Shown piece after piece: positions 62,801-64,000 of a DNA stretch of 64,000 nucleotides. This stretch comes from Acholeplasmataceae bacterium (lineage in GTDB: Bacteria > Bacillota_I > Bacilli_A > Acholeplasmatales > Acholeplasmataceae), in the NCBI GenBank assembly GCA_034005105.1, contig JAVEVJ010000001.1, positions 5,954 to 69,953 on the forward strand. The letters are read 5' to 3'. The position numbers were made by a program, and so were the translations under genes. The notes under the pieces are model-generated. The model saw nothing but the letters and a program-made list of their open reading frames with translations. It ran no database searches and had not been told where the DNA came from. The first letter of the stretch is position 1, and each line of letters starts with the position of its first letter.

Positions 62801-64000
62801 GATCAACGGCTTAGCAGTGATGATTGATGACATGAATCAAACATGGGAATATGAAACGATATCGCAGCTGACGAGCAACTTAAGCGTCAATGCGATTTTA
62901 CCTGCTTATAACAATGTCACAGACGATGCACTGATTACATTTGGTGAAGTAACGCTCATTAAAGGTGTTATCAGTGAAATGATCTTAAGTGATGCGATCA
63001 AGAACTTTGGTGTCGAAAAACTCAATGGTGCTCAAACATTCTTTGTCGCACCCGATGACTTCTTAGACCTTGATCCACTCCTGTTAGATAGTGAAGGACT
63101 TAAAGGCGAAGAAATCGGTAAACTATTAATTTCTATCAAGAGTCTTCAACTGAATTCAACAGGTGATTTATCGAGTTTTGGTCCACAGATGCTCAACCAA
63201 ATGATTGATAGAAATATCGATTTAGTTGATGGTCAAGACGATCTCGATCGATTCTTTGATTCAGGAATACTCTACACATTAATTGATAAAGCCATCCAAC
63301 TCGATGGACTCAATGATTTTGTTAATGATACATTGTCCGGTGCATTTGATGATGCTGAAATAACGATTGATCTCACGCCTCATCCTGACATCTTAGGAAA
63401 TGCAATCGATCATGAACCGATTGAAGTCGGACGTATAACAAAACAAGAGTTTAGAAATATCGTTGTTTCAACATCTCTGATTGGACCCTTTGGTGAAGTA
63501 GGTATCGAAACGTTTGCTGGCATGGCAGATCCTTACGCTGAAGAAGACGATTTTACAACCTTCTTAGAAAGTGATTATATCTATACTATCTTAGGACGCA
63601 TGTTCGAAAACGAAGGATTCGGTGACTTTATTGGCGGATTCTTAGGCAATGCCTTTGGTGAAGGTATCGACCTAGATATGACGACTCCTTCAGATGCGAA
63701 GGGAACAGTGGGTGTTGAAGAAGATATCATGACGAAGAACGAACTTAGACGTCTTATGATATCATTTAAGCTTATCGGTCTAGATCAAGGTACGGATATC
63801 AATGAAAGCAATATTCTGGCACTCTCTGGAGCAAACGATATCGAAGGTACCGATGACTTTGATCGCTTTATTCAATCAAAATATCTTGCAGATAAATTAT
63901 CGATTATCCTAACATCTGATACGATTATTGAGATGTTGGCCATGGGTCGGTTCTTACCTGCTGACTTTATATTACCTACATCAAGTTATACAACAATTGA
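59877..64000 (+). CDS. Giant membrane-anchored acidic repeat protein with CvpA-like N-terminus, 3'-truncated by the window edge (>1374 aa)
   Basis: Translated by hand: no stop from ATG 59877 to 64000. TGaTAAAAT and AGAAAGGCGG upstream. Several N-terminal TMs (GFLRGG; RFVGGFMGSLQG). Missing from the ORF track. Confidence 0.85.
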   Translation, partial: MPQLPSLLILQWGLIGFYVVIYFILGFLRGGSKSTYFTLVAFITTFLSLFAISFISLNLILSDSFTLVSLLEMIDSRFGNIIPAEVYTYLSDPELAGFAVALVDLILRIVGFIILYPFIKFLLTLIIFRPIWSFGIKKALLKKQNEKLEVVAMEQNKKKFVPTKKLKKTLLGRFVGGFMGSLQGVLVAFIVLMPILIISGFLTVAPSGEPVDNQEEGIPLAVGMPDLGPMADMLDDYLLQIDEMNQQGLGAMVKQITVSGKPIDRYIFDRIFTTQVKKGEDSTDINWINELEGILNITRTIYDGGYLESGFTLDEINEEKLDDVEVVFNYLGSSDLIAYMIPAAAAFGLENFRDQLPAQVSDELAEAAVGQIQEIDWKAEFGNIKGIVDAVLSFGSVQEIQAYMSDPNALLDLSPEEGEKLADIIRAIGEMQILELVSVGAEYATTLAEVQNQLTWIAEEERQAYLEEKLSFLIDDAAFFSGEEGEFERFALLVEAIYTDEYGDVNLRQLISTADAEAFMAAQNTEWIDGLLEHIVELELLLNAIPVGVDYALYSQMGDLVDAELAAEIETALADISWEDEILNVGDIYKEAVSIGAASLLGENPNMLLFVDNAMENHMDSIRVIVEKIFEESALVNAALDLAAPIMVERFVTNQELAAIVQEALISDPESGVVDFNVGQEINTVLDIVETVYEFTTLSEVANFSGMTTESKFELFAGYGSLTEAQFESFKTAFESLQILQRVSGSGLTYVKNSMGVEQIYIPDEVNLGEDIGSILGLGYYVAKYTYDNKPLYPTYEEIDFAPLFADDTFRSYLLPSELNNHSELILSTIAHNAMVYADNESFSQYLVVPESLKLASPESSIWHDEINALLGAIFDVAASFEDSTVLTFSYRDIMTFKNAPTAASIELITQFADPVKADDTFGSLDSSVILRSSIKQIIDNFGGRTVDALGGYEIKVPAIALDGDMLKEDIIVELINGLAVMIDDMNQTWEYETISQLTSNLSVNAILPAYNNVTDDALITFGEVTLIKGVISEMILSDAIKNFGVEKLNGAQTFFVAPDDFLDLDPLLLDSEGLKGEEIGKLLISIKSLQLNSTGDLSSFGPQMLNQMIDRNIDLVDGQDDLDRFFDSGILYTLIDKAIQLDGLNDFVNDTLSGAFDDAEITIDLTPHPDILGNAIDHEPIEVGRITKQEFRNIVVSTSLIGPFGEVGIETFAGMADPYAEEDDFTTFLESDYIYTILGRMFENEGFGDFIGGFLGNAFGEGIDLDMTTPSDAKGTVGVEEDIMTKNELRRLMISFKLIGLDQGTDINESNILALSGANDIEGTDDFDRFIQSKYLADKLSIILTSDTIIEMLAMGRFLPADFILPTSSYTTI

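Overview
Housekeeping-rich, AT-rich chromosomal window, most likely from an Acholeplasmatales-type Mollicute. This is inferred from Firmicute-like gene order, standard genetic code (TGA used as stop), two DegV genes and a giant CvpA-anchored membrane protein. Gene content in order: prmC (partial), typA, rpiB-upp and a full F1Fo operon with a Na+-type c subunit; yigZ, degV, a DHFR-like gene, cca-yhaM and a 981-aa doubled PrsA-like lipoprotein; walJ-like, rlmH, a HAD hydrolase, degV and mscL; pdxST with pdxR; a five-gene carbohydrate locus (two paralogous uncharacterised enzymes, TIM-barrel isomerase, GPH symporter, GH105); an RsmF-like methyltransferase and a PadR/HAAS pair; a seven-gene aromatic amino acid operon; cadCA; recG-plsX-rnc-dnaD-nth; an XRE/RRNPP-like regulator with a heterodimeric ABC exporter; an Ig-repeat surface protein, flavodoxin, dnaE and a CDF transporter. 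Two features are absent from the supplied ORF track. One is a 15-codon Tyr/Phe-rich leader peptide with terminator/antiterminator structures upstream of aroF. The other is an open frame of more than 1374 aa (59877 to window end) encoding an acidic repeat protein. No rRNA, tRNA, CRISPR array or mobile element was seen. All calls come from reading the sequence; no database searches were run.
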